Notes: generated by a model not told the origin, from the letters alone. A stretch of 61,941 bases of DNA, filler included, from Nemertoderma westbladi (GCA_032718475.1; 3 parts of 3 records of this genome joined end to end with filler, not necessarily neighbours in it), one strand, 5' to 3'. Positions 25,256 to 39,404 are shown, counted from the whole stretch's first letter. Program-made: numbers and translations.

Positions 25256-26495
25256 TGTTCGCGCTTTCAGACCTTTGGCAGTTTAACCCACCAAATTAAG
25301 ATGTCTTCTAGATATTAAATCTGCTTTTAGTCTATGACAAGTATTTGATTCACTACACTAGTCGAAACCAATCCGTGCGCGACCATTCACCCGCTGGATA
25401 TTCCCGGGAGATTGGGTTCGACGGTTTAATTTTTATTGCTATGTAAGCCTAATGTATTATTCGACTGACAGTATTATATAATCTCTGACAATATTATTCA
25501 CCTTCGGTAATATTAACAGTTCCTTTAGGACGTGGCGCTTTATCTATATAAACAGAGTTATGACTTAAACTACTCGCAACGATATGGCTTAATTATAATT
25601 CACATATATGGCGCATTCTTTAGGAATTGCTTCTTTAACAGACTCACTCATACACAATGCTGCACAATACTGCACACTAATCTGCCAATCTTCACTGATT
25701 TTAGTCACATATAAAAGGAACACAGACTGAATCATGTAGGGTCTATCAAATAACATTAGATTCACTTCAAACCACTTTAACATAAGTCACAATCGTTTAT
25801 TTGTAACCCTTCTCTCTTACCTTCGGTATATCAAGAATATTGGGTTTAGGGGTTGTTTATCGTTATTCCAAATATAATTATTCATCAACCATATTATGAA
25901 GAACTGACGGTAAATAGCAGTATAAAACAACAATGAAAACACTGATTGTTATGAGTTTGCAATGTTTCAGCAGTCAGCATGTATGATCAGTCAGCAGTCA
26001 TCAGGTATGTAGTCCGCAGTTAAAGGATATGCCCTTTATAATTAAACCTACTAGTGTACGACTAAAAGCAGTACAGCACAAAATACTTCCAAGCCGTTCT
26101 TTCTTTGGCTCAAGACTGAATGTAAACACTGCACATAGGCATTGCGTCATTTCTCGGAAATTTTCTGTACAAGGAGCCACAAAAACGCTCTCATTGGCTG
26201 ACTGAACTGAGAGACGCCGTAGAACAAAGGAAATCAACACGTATGAATGTCAGCTGTTAACCGTAGTCATAGTAACTACTGTTCAAGAGTAGCTATCACC
26301 CCTTTGCGTCACGAATTGCCATAGAATCACAAAATATGCCTTTCACAGTACACATACGGAGGAAATAGGTCTTAGATCCTCTAAAAACACCGATACAGCA
26401 ATAATACGGTCTCTTACACTTATTAAATCAACTACAGAGTATTTTAATGTAAAAGATAATAAAAATAACGGGGCAATTCAGCAAAGGCTTTTACA
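25256..26495 (-). mobile_element. Solo LTR of the BEL family, chimeric
   Basis: TGT...ACA ends. 25256-~26100 matches copies A/C while 26100-26495 resembles copy B U3. No adjacent PBS or PPT. Confidence 0.85.
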
Positions 26496-26602
26496 TATAT
26501 TTTTCCCCTTTTCCACATACTGTATGACTTTAATCTCAATTTAGTTGTAAATATTGGTAAGAAGGCTGACAATAAAGAAAAATAATATCTTGTTTCTATC
26601 AA

Positions 26603-28800
26603 TCAAACTACAAAGTCTTTCTTCGTTTCATAAACAGCCATTCTTCCTCTAGATTTCAGAGTATTTCGGATCATACCATCCCTTTTCACTTCACCAATTA
26701 CTCTACGGGATACTTCGGTGACAATCTTCACTGTTCTTTCCACTTCTTGTGTGTGACAGGGTCATCAATACTCTCAGAACACAACATATCCTGTATTGTA
26801 GTCTGGGTTAATGAAGTTATAATTGGAGGTTCATGTTTCGCTTTACTCCAATCAATAAGTTCGTTCAATTCTTGGGCTTCTAAGTTTATTGTTGGCACTC
26901 TAAACAATCGTATTGAATCCTTTGAAGTTGAGGAGGATAGAGCTCGATACTTTAATATTTTATGAAGAGCTAGTTTCCGAATATTTATATCAGGGTCATG
27001 CATCATAGCCAATAGAACATTCTCCTCGTGTCCATAGAATGCATTATGTTGTAACACCTTTGTCGTGATATCCCTTAAATCAGGACGCAAATAACTCGTA
27101 AGTTTGACCAACTTCAACAAGGCAACTGACTTCACACGACTTCACACGACTTCACACTACTTCACACTAACCATTGTATGCAGCCGGATTTACCTTCACG
27201 TAAAACCATGCTGGTACACTTTTAAAATGTATTCAGCAAGAATTATCAGCTGCTCTGATGGTGAAGCTGGAGATACATATAGACGCAAAATTCTACAAGC
27301 CAGAATTAGCCAACGGGAATGGTTTAAGGGACCAGGACAACGGTTGGCAAGGGTTTTCGAACAAAATCCCTGTTTAACAGCTGCACAAAATTCATACAAG
27401 TAGTTTTGATCTGTGCTTAGATCCTTAACAACCTCCTTAGAGAGTTCTGTGAGTTCTGGTTAATTAATGTCTCTGTAGTTATCCATTACAGGTAACTTCG
27501 CAGGATCAGTAAATGACAGGGCCTTACCTAAAGTAGCATTGAACGATCTAGGGACACTTGTTACTCCATCTAGGGAAACAAACAAATGGCGCAATGGCAG
27601 TTCATTTATGTGGAGGGAACAAATGAGCCATTGAACAGGGTGTTTAATATAACATTCTAGAAAGTTAATTATGCCCCCAGCCCATCCTGAGTTGACATTT
27701 GTGCCATCACAACCAACTGCACAGCTTCAATTGAAATACTTTTCCCACCCAAATTATCTGTAATAGCTGTGATAATTGATCTAGCATCCTTATTCGCCTG
27801 CGAAACATGACCATTATACATCCGAACCTGGCTCAGAAACTAATGAGTACTGATCTTCTTTTATTACAGTTTGATGAAATGAGCTATCTTTCTTTACTTG
27901 AGTCAAAGTGTCATCACAGCGGCCATCAAAGTTCAATCCCATAATGTTATATTCAGCAGATTCAATTTCGTAGGTCCGTAACTTTTCTCATTCACGTCGA
28001 AGCTTACTGCGATCAATTATACTAGTTGTATCTTTTGGATTTATGAGGCCAAGATCTTCTAACACAGCACTTGCTATGGCTGCTCCTGGGCGGTCAGGTA
28101 TGCCATATCTCTCACATTATTGACTTAGAGATGGGAATGAAATGCGCATTTGCTTATTTGAAGGGCGAATGTCATAAGAAGTTTAAGGTATGGGCTCTTG
28201 ATCAAGCTCTTCATCTGAGGAGTCATTTAAAATAGCAACAGACATATCCGATTGGACATTGCGAATTGGATTTGCCAGTTTGGTTACTCTAGCAAGATTC
28301 TTTTCCAAAGCTGCTGATTTATTGATGTCTACAGCAGAGATTTGCATCAAACGATTGGAACGTTGGTCTATCAGGAAGCTTCTTTCAAGAATAGGAACCT
28401 TGGGGACTTTGGGACATTCACAAATAGAATAATCAAGACATTCGCAGGCAGCTATCAAAAAGATTACTGTCTGAAATCTGTCTGAATTCACCTATGTTTG
28501 AAATATTAGCCGGGGAATCTACACGTTTGGTGTTCTTAGTAATTGATTCATATTTTTTAAAATATGATAGCAGAATAGCAATAACACGTTGGTGTGACAG
28601 GTGTGGAATAGAGGCTCGATTCCAAATTGATTCAATATCATTTGCGACAGCAGAGAATACCTGCGCAACAGGGGCGGTCTTAGGAAAAAGTATTTGCGTG
28701 TTGGTAAACACGACAAACGGAGTTTAGTAGGTTCTCCAATCACGGGGCAAACGGTTTCAGTACGCAAGGTTGGTTTAGCCCTTTTAACAGCATTAGTCAT
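26603..28800 (-). pseudogene. Degenerate hAT-superfamily (hATm-like) DDE transposase
   Basis: Fragments GLNFDGR, VGCDGTNVNSG...VQWLICSLHINELPLRHLF, PGPLNHSRWL, NAFYGHEENVLLAM and VERTVKIVTEVS...RDGMIR, broken by stops and frameshifts. Confidence 0.8.
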
Positions 28801-30107
28801 TAAAATTTGATATACAAATTAGGACAACATGGTGAGACAGTTATGACTGACATTAAGGCTCTACTTAACCTGACAGAAGCCACTGGAAAAGTGTGAACCA
28901 ATTAGAAATAAAATAATCAGCAATAACAAGTACAATAAATACGCCATACAGTAAAACAACAGCTAGACTCTAATAGACACATCCAACAGTAGCAAAGTGA
29001 ATGTAAAGTTAACCAATTTGAGAGCAGTAAGCCTAACTAGGCCTAGTAATTTTTGACACTACTGTACTACACTGTCCAAAAGTAGTATCCTATAAAGTAA
29101 GTGGATATTAAGTGAAAGAATATGCAATGCAACAATCAGATTGTTAAGTACACACTACTGCAGTATACACTAGTAGGCCTAACTATTCATTTAGACACTA
29201 TAATAGTGTTTTGTTATTATCTGATAACATATTTGGAATCAGCACAAAATGTCGACTTATAAATCATAGTTTTATCTATGGTGAGTGAAAAAAATTGTAT
29301 TAAATTTAATATTGATAAATGGTTATTTTTGGAAAAATTCTAGAACATTAAGTGCGGTGAGGCCAAGCAAGGGGTGACTCAAATTTTTTTTTTTATTTTG
29401 AATGTTTTTATGCCCAATGGCGTCTTTCCAAAACTAGGGAGTATAGATATTCCAAAATTTTGTATTTTGTACGCGTCGCCGCGTCCCGTGGGCTGCTGAG
29501 GTGCTACTGCATATACTAGGCCGAAGGCCGTTGAAAATGACTGAGTTCTGAATAACTAACTAAGTGTTAATAATGACAGTATTGATAATAGCACAGTTAA
29601 ACTAATAATAGCATGCAATACAACGGTTAGTGACGACGGTCAAAATTATTCCGGTCTCACAACTGCAAGGAAACCAACTAAACTAATAATCAACAATCGC
29701 AACGGTTATATCATTGACACATATTACATTAGCCCTACACTACAGGGTGGCCTTAATATCCAATAGATGCGCTTTATTCACCCTCAATGTGCTTTCCCGC
29801 CCACTATTGGCTTAACCTGATTAATTGTCACCTCGCCACTCCCTGTTGCCCTTGCCCCTTGTGTGCTAGCCTTACTAGCTGGTTTGTCCCTCTGAGGTGG
29901 TTTGACCTCTCACCTCTCTCTGTGGCTTACGGCGTATGTCCCCCCCCCCCCCCCCCCCCCCCAGTTGGTTATGAGGTGAGATTATTGTTGGTAATCTCAC
30001 CTCACCAACTATATTGTTAAAATGCCACTAATCCCATTTTCAGTGGGTAATAAACGGAATTGAATCCGCTTACAAACTTAACGCTTAAACGCTTAATACG
30101 CTTAAAA

Positions 30108-30683
30108 TGTCAGTGCCAAAGTATGTAAAAAACTGAAAAACAACAAGTCCTGGACGTTACATGCAATCAGTGATCAGCTGACGGCAGCCAGCTGATCGGT
30201 AGGTTTCACCCCAAAACTGAAGGCATTCTCAGGAGGCCAAGCCGGGAAATGTCGAGAGAGATTCCAAAGGGGGACGGAACAGGTAATGAAATGAAGAGTT
30301 TGCTGAATGATTGGCGTGAATTGTTTTAACATTTCACTGTAATCGCTAGACAGCCATTGCGGCCAGTCTTGCAAAAGCTTGAAATATATTACATCCAAAC
30401 ACGCAAGCAGGTTATCAACAAGCAGAAACGTGATTGGCGCAAGTTTACGGTGCTGCTTCCCAGTGGTTAGTTACAGTACAGACATCTCTTCATTTCATTA
30501 CCTGTTCCGTTCCCCTTTGGGAATCTCTCTCTACATTTCCTGGCTTGGCCTCCTGAGAATGCCTTCAGTAGCCTGGGGGGCGAAACCTACCGATCATCTG
30601 GCTGCAGTCAGCTGATCACTGATTGCATGCAACGTCTAGGTCTTGTTGCTTTTTATAAATTTTTACATACTTTGGCACTGACA
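30108..30683. mobile_element. Long-TIR (~200 bp) non-autonomous element with TGT...ACA ends (Ginger-like)
   Basis: TGTCAGTGCCAAAGTATGTAAAAA / TTTTTACATACTTTGGCACTGACA with arms pairing over ~200 bp. No clear TSD. Confidence 0.7.
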
Positions 30684-31474
30684 TACCTACCGGTAAGGTC
30701 TTTACTTAACGTGCTTGATTAATAAATAAAATACAATTAATTCTTTAATATTGGATTTTCAAGCTTCTACTTCAATTTCCATTTAGGTAGACCTATTGAA
30801 ATTACTATTTCTATGTATAATGAAAGGTCGATTATCTACAAATATTTTTTTTATGAAATTGTCAACTTCAAAACCCGACTAGTTCTACTAATTTGAGCAA
30901 TTAGTTGAAACTTTATGTGGGTGTCTACATAGCCACCCTGCTCCTGCATAAATAAAAGTATCAGACAACTTGTTAATAAAATTTAACACTATTTATAACA
31001 AACCTAAAAAATTAGCCGAAATTTGCAGCGCCACCTAGCAGTGCAAAATTATATTAACAACATTTCGCCTGATAGTTATGTTGCGCCATCTTTGCTCTAT
31101 CATATAAAAAAACTTTCATGTGATTAGATTCAAAACTGTAAAAGCCTTAGGGTTTTAAGCGCAACCAAGTTTTTTTATTGTTAAATTAGTTAAAAATTAA
31201 ATAGCGAAAGATAAAAATTTTTACTGACCAATCATGTAGAATATCATCTTAGGAACCTATCTTTATTATTTTAGCCAAAACCAAACAATTTTGAAACGCT
31301 GAGAGTGATAAATCGATGAGTTATCCGAAAATGGACCCCCCCCCCCCCCCCCCCCCCCCTAATTAAATTATTAGCAGTTGTAATTACACAAATACACTGA
31401 TATTGAATTTAAACAGAGTTTAAAGAATTCAAATAAATTAAATTATGATTGAATGAATGAAAACTTTTATCCAC

Positions 31475-31980
31475 TCATGAGCAGTCCATGTCTGCCGTCT
31501 GGCCACTGTGGTAACTAGCAGTACACATAAGTAAACTCAAAAATAATCCAGCCAGTGCAGAAACACCATAAACACATAGGATATAGGCGAGAGAAAAAAC
31601 ATAAATTCTTTCATTACAGAAGTTTGTAGATTCTCGGACCGCATCGTGATGGACAGTATTGTAAATACCGAAAACCAAAAAGTTTCCGTAGATAAAAAAC
31701 ACGAATAGTACCAAACTCATAAGTAGATCACAGATTTGTGCTGATCTGGCCATTAGTAGATCGTCTTCTGTAGAGGAGAATATCTCTCCTTTAGCGATTT
31801 GTCTAAGTTTCCCACTCTGTCTCAGAAAGATGATGCATTTGAACATAAGTAGGATTCCCATGACTATGTTATAAGTGGCGAGCATCGGTTCCGCGGGGCA
31901 TCGTTTAGTAGATGATGCGCCGATGGTTACCATGGCAACCGGGACTATTATAAACAGAGCTAATAATGCCATGAAACCTC
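31475..31980 (-). CDS. TMEM272: TMEM272-like 4-TM protein, exon 2
   Basis: Acceptor TTTGTTGCAG at 31990-31981, phase 1. Pattern VPVAMVTIGA...CPAEP...FFIYGNFLVFGIY...C...IYVF is typical of TMEM272. Confidence 0.75.
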
Positions 31981-33154
31981 CTGCAACAAATAAATTAATT
32001 AGATATTAAAGTATAATTAGAACAAATTTGGGTTACAGAAACTTCAACGCAAATTCAAACTAAGGCAATTTTGTGTTTGATGAACCATAATGATGTGGAG
32101 CGTTGGTCTTAATGACCTGTTTGAATATTTTTCATTTTTTCCATATGGAAGAGCAATATATTTTCCGGTTTAAACCACTGGTTTAAACTTCTTGTATATA
32201 ATGTCCAAAATTCACTGAGAAATTCATTTTCGTAGAAAAAAACAGTGAAGAAAAAAAAATGAGAGTACATTTCGCATATTAACAAGGCGAATGTCAGATC
32301 ACATGAGTTTGAGAGACAAATTAAAGATGAAACTAATTTAGTTTTCTTGTACGGTTTGATTTGGTTGATGAAAAAAAATTACAAGAAACCGTATTTTGTA
32401 ATTTCACTGAATTACTTGCTTTTATCTATTTGATAATTTAAATTCTAATTTTTGTTGGCAAAACCTTCTCTCACAGTAGTTGTAGACATAAAATCAATCC
32501 ATCACTATGCCTACAGTGTAGTAAGATAAGCCGCTAATTCAATCGGAGCCTTGGGGGACACAGATTGCATCTCGTAAACGCATTACATCCATCGAACTAA
32601 TTTAATAACTCTTGAGGGATGGGGATGTGATAAAATTGAATAATGGAAGGAATCCCAATACATCACCATACAAGTCAATGACCGCCTTATTAACGAATCA
32701 ATACACAAGCATTACGGCCGCGGAATTCCAATGTATTTCCTTATCTTCCATAATAGTACAAATTAAATACTGAATATAATATATAATATATTAAAACCGT
32801 TTGAGTACTAACACTTAAAAAAGGCGGCGCACTGACGCTTGTAACATTCTAAATATTAAATGATCACTATGGCGGCAGAGTCCCGCCTTTACATAATTAT
32901 AAGTTAACACCCAAGGCGGCTGAGTGTCGCCTTTACTTATTTTACCCTGACCCCCATCATGGTGTGCCCTAACCAACTAAAATCTCTTATAACTTAGTTA
33001 TAACTTCTGGAACGGGAAAATTGAGTTTATATTCGTGTTGGAATGTGAATGGGATATACTAATCAGCTTTCCAAATGTCTGTTTTGGTATGGATGAGGGG
33101 TTGGGTGCAATCATACGGATGAGGGGTTTGGTGCAATCATACGGATGAGGGGTT

Positions 33155-33641
33155 GCACGCGTCCAACCTTCGCCCGCGTCCAATCTTCGCCCGCGTCCAA
33201 CCTTCGCCCGCGTCCAACCTTCGCCCGCCTCCAACCTTCGCCCGCGCCCAACCTTCGCCCGCGTCCAACCTACGCCCGCGTCCAACCTTCGCCCGCGTCC
33301 AACCTTCGCCCGCGTCCAACCTTCGCCCGTGTCCAACCTTCGCCCGCGTCCAACCTTCGCCCGCGTCCAACCTTCGCCCGCGTCCAACCTTCGCACGCAA
33401 TGCATTCTTCGCCCGCGACCAACCTTCGCCCATTAAGATTTGTGTTAGTAACCATTTTAGTTACCAATTGAGGGAAAGGAGCAGGTAATAGAGGCGGCTT
33501 TTTCTTAACCAAAACAATTATTGTTTAGTGGGCGAAGGTTGCTCGCGGGCGAAGATTGCCTTCGGGCGAAGGTTTCCGCCGAGCGATAGTTGCTCATTTT
33601 GAGGGCGAAGATTGGACGCGGGCGAAGTTTGCTGCGTACCG
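33155..33641. mobile_element. Foldback/MULE-like element with 18-bp subrepeat (CGCGTCCAACCTTCGCCC)n and inverted copies at the other end
   Basis: About 14 tandem units at 33157-33430, inverted GGGCGAAG units at 33530-33640, and a shared core motif between them. Confidence 0.7.
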
Positions 33642-34059
33642 CATGAGGGGGTGGGGGGCATTTTTTAATGACTTTACACATAATTAAAGCTTTAATTAAA
33701 ATTATCACACTTTTTCATGAATTGTTTGCTTTTTTTTTTCTGATATGATAAGTAATACACACAACAACAATAATGTATAAAGGGACACTATTTACAATAT
33801 ATATCATACGAGTAAATAATATATACATATATAAACATGATATAACCTACACCACCTATCGGACTAAAATATATAATATATAAATAAAGTATTTAGCAAC
33901 ACGAAGTACAAAATACGCTACAGGCCACAAGTGTAACCCAACATGCTATATTAATCGTATCACACTTAATTCACATAGTGATCTATTATATCACCCTTTA
34001 ACTCTACCTCTACTACTACTACTACTACAACGATCGGCATGCTGCATTGCAGCTGCATT

Positions 34060-34640
34060 ATATATATATTACATATATATTAAGAATAGCCGGCTTGCCG
34101 ACAAAATTGCACCGCCACAACTCCCTATCACCCATGACATTTGCTAGATCATCCGCATCTTCAAGGCCAGTGTCCTTTAAGATGCGTCTCAAAAACGTCA
34201 TGGGCTGTCCACCATGCTTATTCACTCCATGAGGCTGTCAAAGTACAAGATTATGCACTGGCTGGTCCTCACGGCGAAAGCAATGTCCTGCAAAGCGGAG
34301 GCGATTTTGTTCTAGTGTCAAGCTTGGGGGAACCAATGAGACACCTCCAATGTTATATAGTGTCTGGTTGGAGATGTGTGTATTGTACTTGACACAATGA
34401 ACCCGGTGTAGCATTCTTGTGAATATGCCATCCAGAGATTTGGTATCCTCTGCAGTTAGAGCCCAGCATGGACTCCCATCGAGGAGTACTGGAACTACTG
34501 CCGCTCTAAATATTCGAACCTTAAGGTTCATTTTTACTCTATGAGACTTCCCAATCCTGGACAGATTATTGAACGTTGCCCATGTCTTCCCCTTAGGTAT
34601 CCGAAGGTCTTCACCTGACATTATGATCCATGATCCCAAC
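34060..34640 (-). mobile_element. 5'-truncated RTE-clade LINE fragment in the TMEM272-like intron
   Basis: LKVRIFRAAVVPVLLDGSPCWAL...LDGIFTRMLHRV...RLRFAGHCFR...MGDRELWR is the RTE post-RT region, followed by a (TA)n tail. Confidence 0.8.
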
Positions 34641-34794
34641 TTAAACGCACCGAGGGAAATGAAGCGCAATCATACAGTAAATCATGCAATTTATCCTAAA
34701 ATAATTATTTATTCTAGAAAGGTAAAAAAATTATTATATTTCAATTTAAACCGTTAATGTATTAGATGTAGTGGATAGTAAGATTTCGGATTAC

Positions 34795-34975
34795 CTGATG
34801 AAACTATTGCGATGTAGACTTTGTAGAAGAAGTCCCTGTGGTTTATCGCGGTATTCTGGGCGTCCCTTATCCCATCCAGACACGACCGGTCCGTTTTCCT
34901 GCCGGTGTAAGGTGTCCCAGCAGACGGACCACTGTGCTTACCGATATTCTGTTCGCGGTGGTTATGGTGTCCCAT
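34795..34975 (-). CDS. TMEM272: TMEM272-like protein, exon 1
   Basis: ATG at 34975; 181 bp ending at donor G|GTAATC in phase 1. It joins exon 2 in frame (…IVSSGGFMALL…) to give 228 aa. Confidence 0.65.
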
Positions 34976-35161
34976 AGGTATTCGGTTATCATTATTCTAG
35001 AACATATGAATTGGTAGAGTCCTGTGGAATAATGTTTTTGATATAATCATATCAAGGCGGGGTCAAACCAACTATACTACTAATAATTTACATAAAAACA
35101 AAATATCTGCTGTAATTGTACTGAAAATAGCTAATAACAGCTCAATTATATGATTTCAGTA

Positions 35162-35958
35162 CACCATCTCCATTAATACAACAACCGTGTTTAGCAAGTC
35201 GGAGCCCCCCCCCCCCCCCCCCCCCCCCCTAATTTTTTCAAATTTAAATAATATGCAACGAAATTTGGTATGATCATATCATAATTCGACAACTTTTCTT
35301 ACTGCTAGCAGTGCCGGATTCCGGATTTTTCAATTTCTATACAACAAACCGTTAAAAAACGCCTTTGGCAATATTTTACCATCTCCGTTTCCGTGGGCTT
35401 TATTTATAGTCTTTGGAATGAAATATGGTTATCATTAGAACCGCCTTCATCTGCAGATTCTGAATCTGAAAACCGTTTTATATTTCACCAAAAATTGCCA
35501 AAGATATTAGCAAAATACTTAGGTGTAAATTTTTCTCCTATTCTAGAATATTAATTATTAGTTAGCTTTAAAAACTTTTCATCTTGTTTTTTCATTACGC
35601 GTAATTAATATTCTAGAATTGAGTAAAAAAAACATTAGATGAAAATATCTTTGGCAATTTTCGGTGAAATTTGAAACGGTTTTTTCAGATTCGGAATTTG
35701 CAGATGAAGGCGGTTCTAATGATACCTAGATTACATTCGAAAGATGAAAAATAAAGCCAACAGAGATAGTTAAATAATAATAGACGTTTTTAACGGCTTG
35801 TTTTATCGAAATAGCTCAGAAATTAAAAAATCGGGCTCGTCCAGCAATAAGAAAAATTGTCGAACTATCATCATACCAAATTTCGTATAGCATATGATAA
35901 ATTGAAAACAATTAGGGGAGGGGGTGGGGGTTTACGACTTGCTAAAAAAAATATGGTG
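35162..35958. mobile_element. Tc1/mariner-type MITE with long degenerate TIRs and TA TSD
   Basis: TA|CACCAT...ATGGTG|TA. Arms pair, for example TAGAACCGCCTTCATCTGCA / TGCAGATGAAGGCGGTTCTA. Confidence 0.75.
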
Positions 35959-36412
35959 TAGTTAACGGTGGGAAAATACAGCAAACACCAAAACTACACA
36001 TAGTTGGAAAAAAATTGTTTTATAACATTTAGGGAAAGGACCAGGTTACAGTGGCGGTGTTTTCTAACTGAAATAATAAACGTATGTATATTTAACTTGC
36101 GGTCAATTTGCGCACTGGGGGGGTCACTTCATCACTTACAGACAGGGAATTGGCGTCACTGAATGTTATAGGCCTACTGGATCTCTGTGATATTAAAATT
36201 CGAGTTCTGATAGCATCCATTTATGTCTTGTTGGTGATCAACTCAACGTTACGTATACACTAATACCTACAGGTACCGATATTTCCATACAGGCCTATAC
36301 ATCTGAATGTTGAACTCAAGTTGTGGCCTAACCCCAGCCGGGGTTGTGGCCCCAAAGAACGGTTTAGTCCACGGTTTTTTCCCGGATTTTTTCCTAAGGT
36401 CAAATGTATTAA

Positions 36413-36917
36413 CCCTATCCATACCGGGGTACTTTAGACGCTCAAACTACCGGGGGGGGGGGGGGGGGGGGGGGACTTTTGGGGACGTAAAGTTTGGAAG
36501 CATATAACTTTGTGTGGTGTGATGATATTACTTTAAAGTAAAAAGTTTTAGATACAAAATTTATTCCTCTATCCAAATATGCCACACACTAATGCTCAAA
36601 TATAATATTTATATACTATAATTATGTTTAAATTGATTTTAAATTGATATTAAATTGATTGAATTTTAAATTTCCCTCCTACAATAGTTCAGCAATAATA
36701 TGACAGTTTCAGAGACAGGTCAGTTTACGACTCATTTTCATGGTCATAAATAATAATATGAAAATTAATTTTTGTTTTAAGATAAAGAATAATACATTTT
36801 AGGAAAAGTAACGGAATTTCACTTGCAATAAATGTGGTTTGGCTTTGAACCAAGCAATCAAATGAAGTGCGTCTCCAAAAGTCCCCCCCCCCCCCCCCCC
36901 CCCCGGTATGGATAGGG
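36413..36917. mobile_element. piggyBac-like MITE
   Basis: TTAA|CCCTATCCATACCGGGG...CCCCGGTATGGATAGGG|TTAA. Confidence 0.9.
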
Positions 36918-37004
36918 TTAAATACCTAGTCTAATATTAATTGGAAATTACAGGACAATAAATCGATAGAATTGCCTGTAAGCATCTATAGAGCTTTTAG
37001 CTAA

Positions 37005-38627
37005 GTACAGTATGTAGTATACAGTTAGTACTGTAGTATGTACAGTAGTTACAATATGTAGTATACAGTTAGTACTGTAGTATGTACAGTAGTTACAGTA
37101 TGTAGTATACAGTTAGTACTGTAGTATGTACAGTAGTTACAGTATGTAGTCTACAGTTAGTACTGTAGTATGTACAGTAGTTACAGTATGTAGTATACAG
37201 TTAGTACTGTAGTATGTACAGTAGTTACAGTATGTAGTCTACAGTTAGTACTGTAGTATGTACAGTAGTTACAATATGTATTATACAGTTAGTACTGTAG
37301 TATGTACAGTAGTTACAATATGTAGTATACAGTTAGTACTGTAGTATGTACAGTAGTTACAATATGTATTATACAGTTAGTACTGTAGTATGTACAGTAG
37401 TTACAGTATGTAGTCTACAGTTAGTACTGTAGTATGTACAGTAGTTACAGTATGTAGTCTACAGTTAGTACTGTAGTATGTACAGTAGTTACAATATGTA
37501 TTATACAGTTAGTACTGTAGTATGTACAGTAGTTACAATATGTAGTATACAGTTAGTACTGTAGTATGTACAGTAGTTACAGTATGTAGTCTACAGTTAG
37601 TACTGTAGTATGTACAGTAGTTACAGTATGTAGTCTACAGTTAGTACTGTAGTATGTACAGTAGTTACAGTATGTAGTATACAGTTAGTACTGTAGTATG
37701 TACAGTAGTTACAATATGTAGTATACAGTTAGTACTGTAGTATGTACAGTAGTTACAATATGTATTATACAGTTAGTACTGTAGTATGTACAGTAGTTAC
37801 AATATGTAGTATACAGTTAGTACTGTAGTATGTACAGTAGTTACAGTATGTAGTATACAGTTAGTACTGTAGTATGTACAGTAGTTACAGTATGTAGTCT
37901 ACAGTTAGTACTGTAGTATGTACAGTAGTTACAGTATGTAGTATACAGTTAGTACTGTAGTATGTACAGTAGTTACAGTATGTAGTCTACAGTTAGTACT
38001 GTAGTATGTACAGTAGTTACAGTATGTAGTATACAGTTAGTACTGTAGTATGTACAGTAGTTACAATATGTATTATACAGTTAGTACTGTAGTATGTACA
38101 GTAGTTACAGTATGTAGTCTACAGTTAGTACTGTAGTATGTACAGTAGTTACAGTATGTAGTATACAGTTAGTACTGTAGTATGTACAGTAGTTACAATA
38201 TGTATTATACAGTTAGTACTGTAGTATGTACAGTAGTTACAGTATGTAGTCTACAGTTAGTACTGTAGTATGTACAGTAGTTACAGTATGTAGTATACAG
38301 TTAGTACTGTAGTATGTACAGTAGTTACAGTATGTAGTCTACAGTTAGTACTGTAGTATGTACAGTAGTTACAATATGTATTATACAGTTAGTACTGTAG
38401 TATGTACAGTAGTTACAATATGTAGTATACAGTTAGTACTGTAGTATGTACAGTAGTTACAATATGTATTATACAGTTAGTACTGTAGTATGTACAGTAG
38501 TTACAGTATGTAGTATACAGTTAGTACTGTAGTATGTACAGTAGTTACAGTATGTAGTATACAGTTAGTACTGTAGTATGTACAGTAGTTACAGTATGTA
38601 GTATACAGTTAGTACTGTAGTATGTAC
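37005..38627. repeat. 44-bp minisatellite (ACAGTTAGTACTGTAGTATGTACAGTAGTTACAGTATGTAGTAT)n, ~37 units
   Basis: Exact 44-bp period (the phase recurs at 37021, 37681 and 38341). Confidence 0.97.
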
Positions 38628-39404
38628 TTCTAAATTACAGTAACTATAAGTCTATAATATAATAAAAATACAAACCATTTTTTTTTTATGAACTTATAAA
38701 TTCCTTTGAGATTTAAAACATGAAAGGGAAAATATATCACAATTCAACCTTTGTAACATCTTGCAAATTGGGTCGTGTTGAAAGAATAAATAAAATAGCT
38801 AGCAGGCAGTGTCTGGGTGCTTTGCATGGTGTTGTGTTTACTATAATAGATGCTTCATCATACTGGCATTATAATACAGCCAATAGAAGCCCTTTGTCTC
38901 TTTGGCTAAACCAATAGGATTAACGATAATGTAGTTTAATGGGAGCTCTTCTGTGAGATTTAAGATTAGTTTTGTAATTAAAACTAGCTTTTGTTTGATT
39001 GTGAATTCGTATCATGTTTCCTTGCGGCTGAGCTACTGGCTGTTAGTGGCACCGGTGTACATGTACACAGCCTATGCGGATCAAATGACAAGTTCAATAA
39101 GATCATATATCGGTTGGTTTTACTAGGGAGAAAGAAATGGAATCGCATATATTAATGATTTCCTGTTAGCTTAGCTTCAAAAGCGCCCATATAATTGGGT
39201 AGATGGCGGTTATTTCCTGCGCAAATAATAATGATAAAGGTTAATTATAGCTGGTTTCGTATTCCTAATCATCAGTTGAAAAAATATTCTATCTTTGGAA
39301 AATTTCGCAGAAAGCTTTACAATGTGTGCATGGTAGGTACACTAGTGCCATGCCCACTTGTAGTAGTACATGGTACTGGTACATGGTACTGGTACATGGT
39401 ACTT

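Noticed and set aside
32998-33512. Repetitive ORFs on both strands (also 6143-7593, 39809-40430, 58728-58973)
   Set aside because: By-products of stop-free tandem repeats.
37005-38627. CRISPR-like regular array (also 58729-59250)
   Set aside because: Head-to-tail repeats with no unique spacers, no cas genes, and a eukaryotic context.
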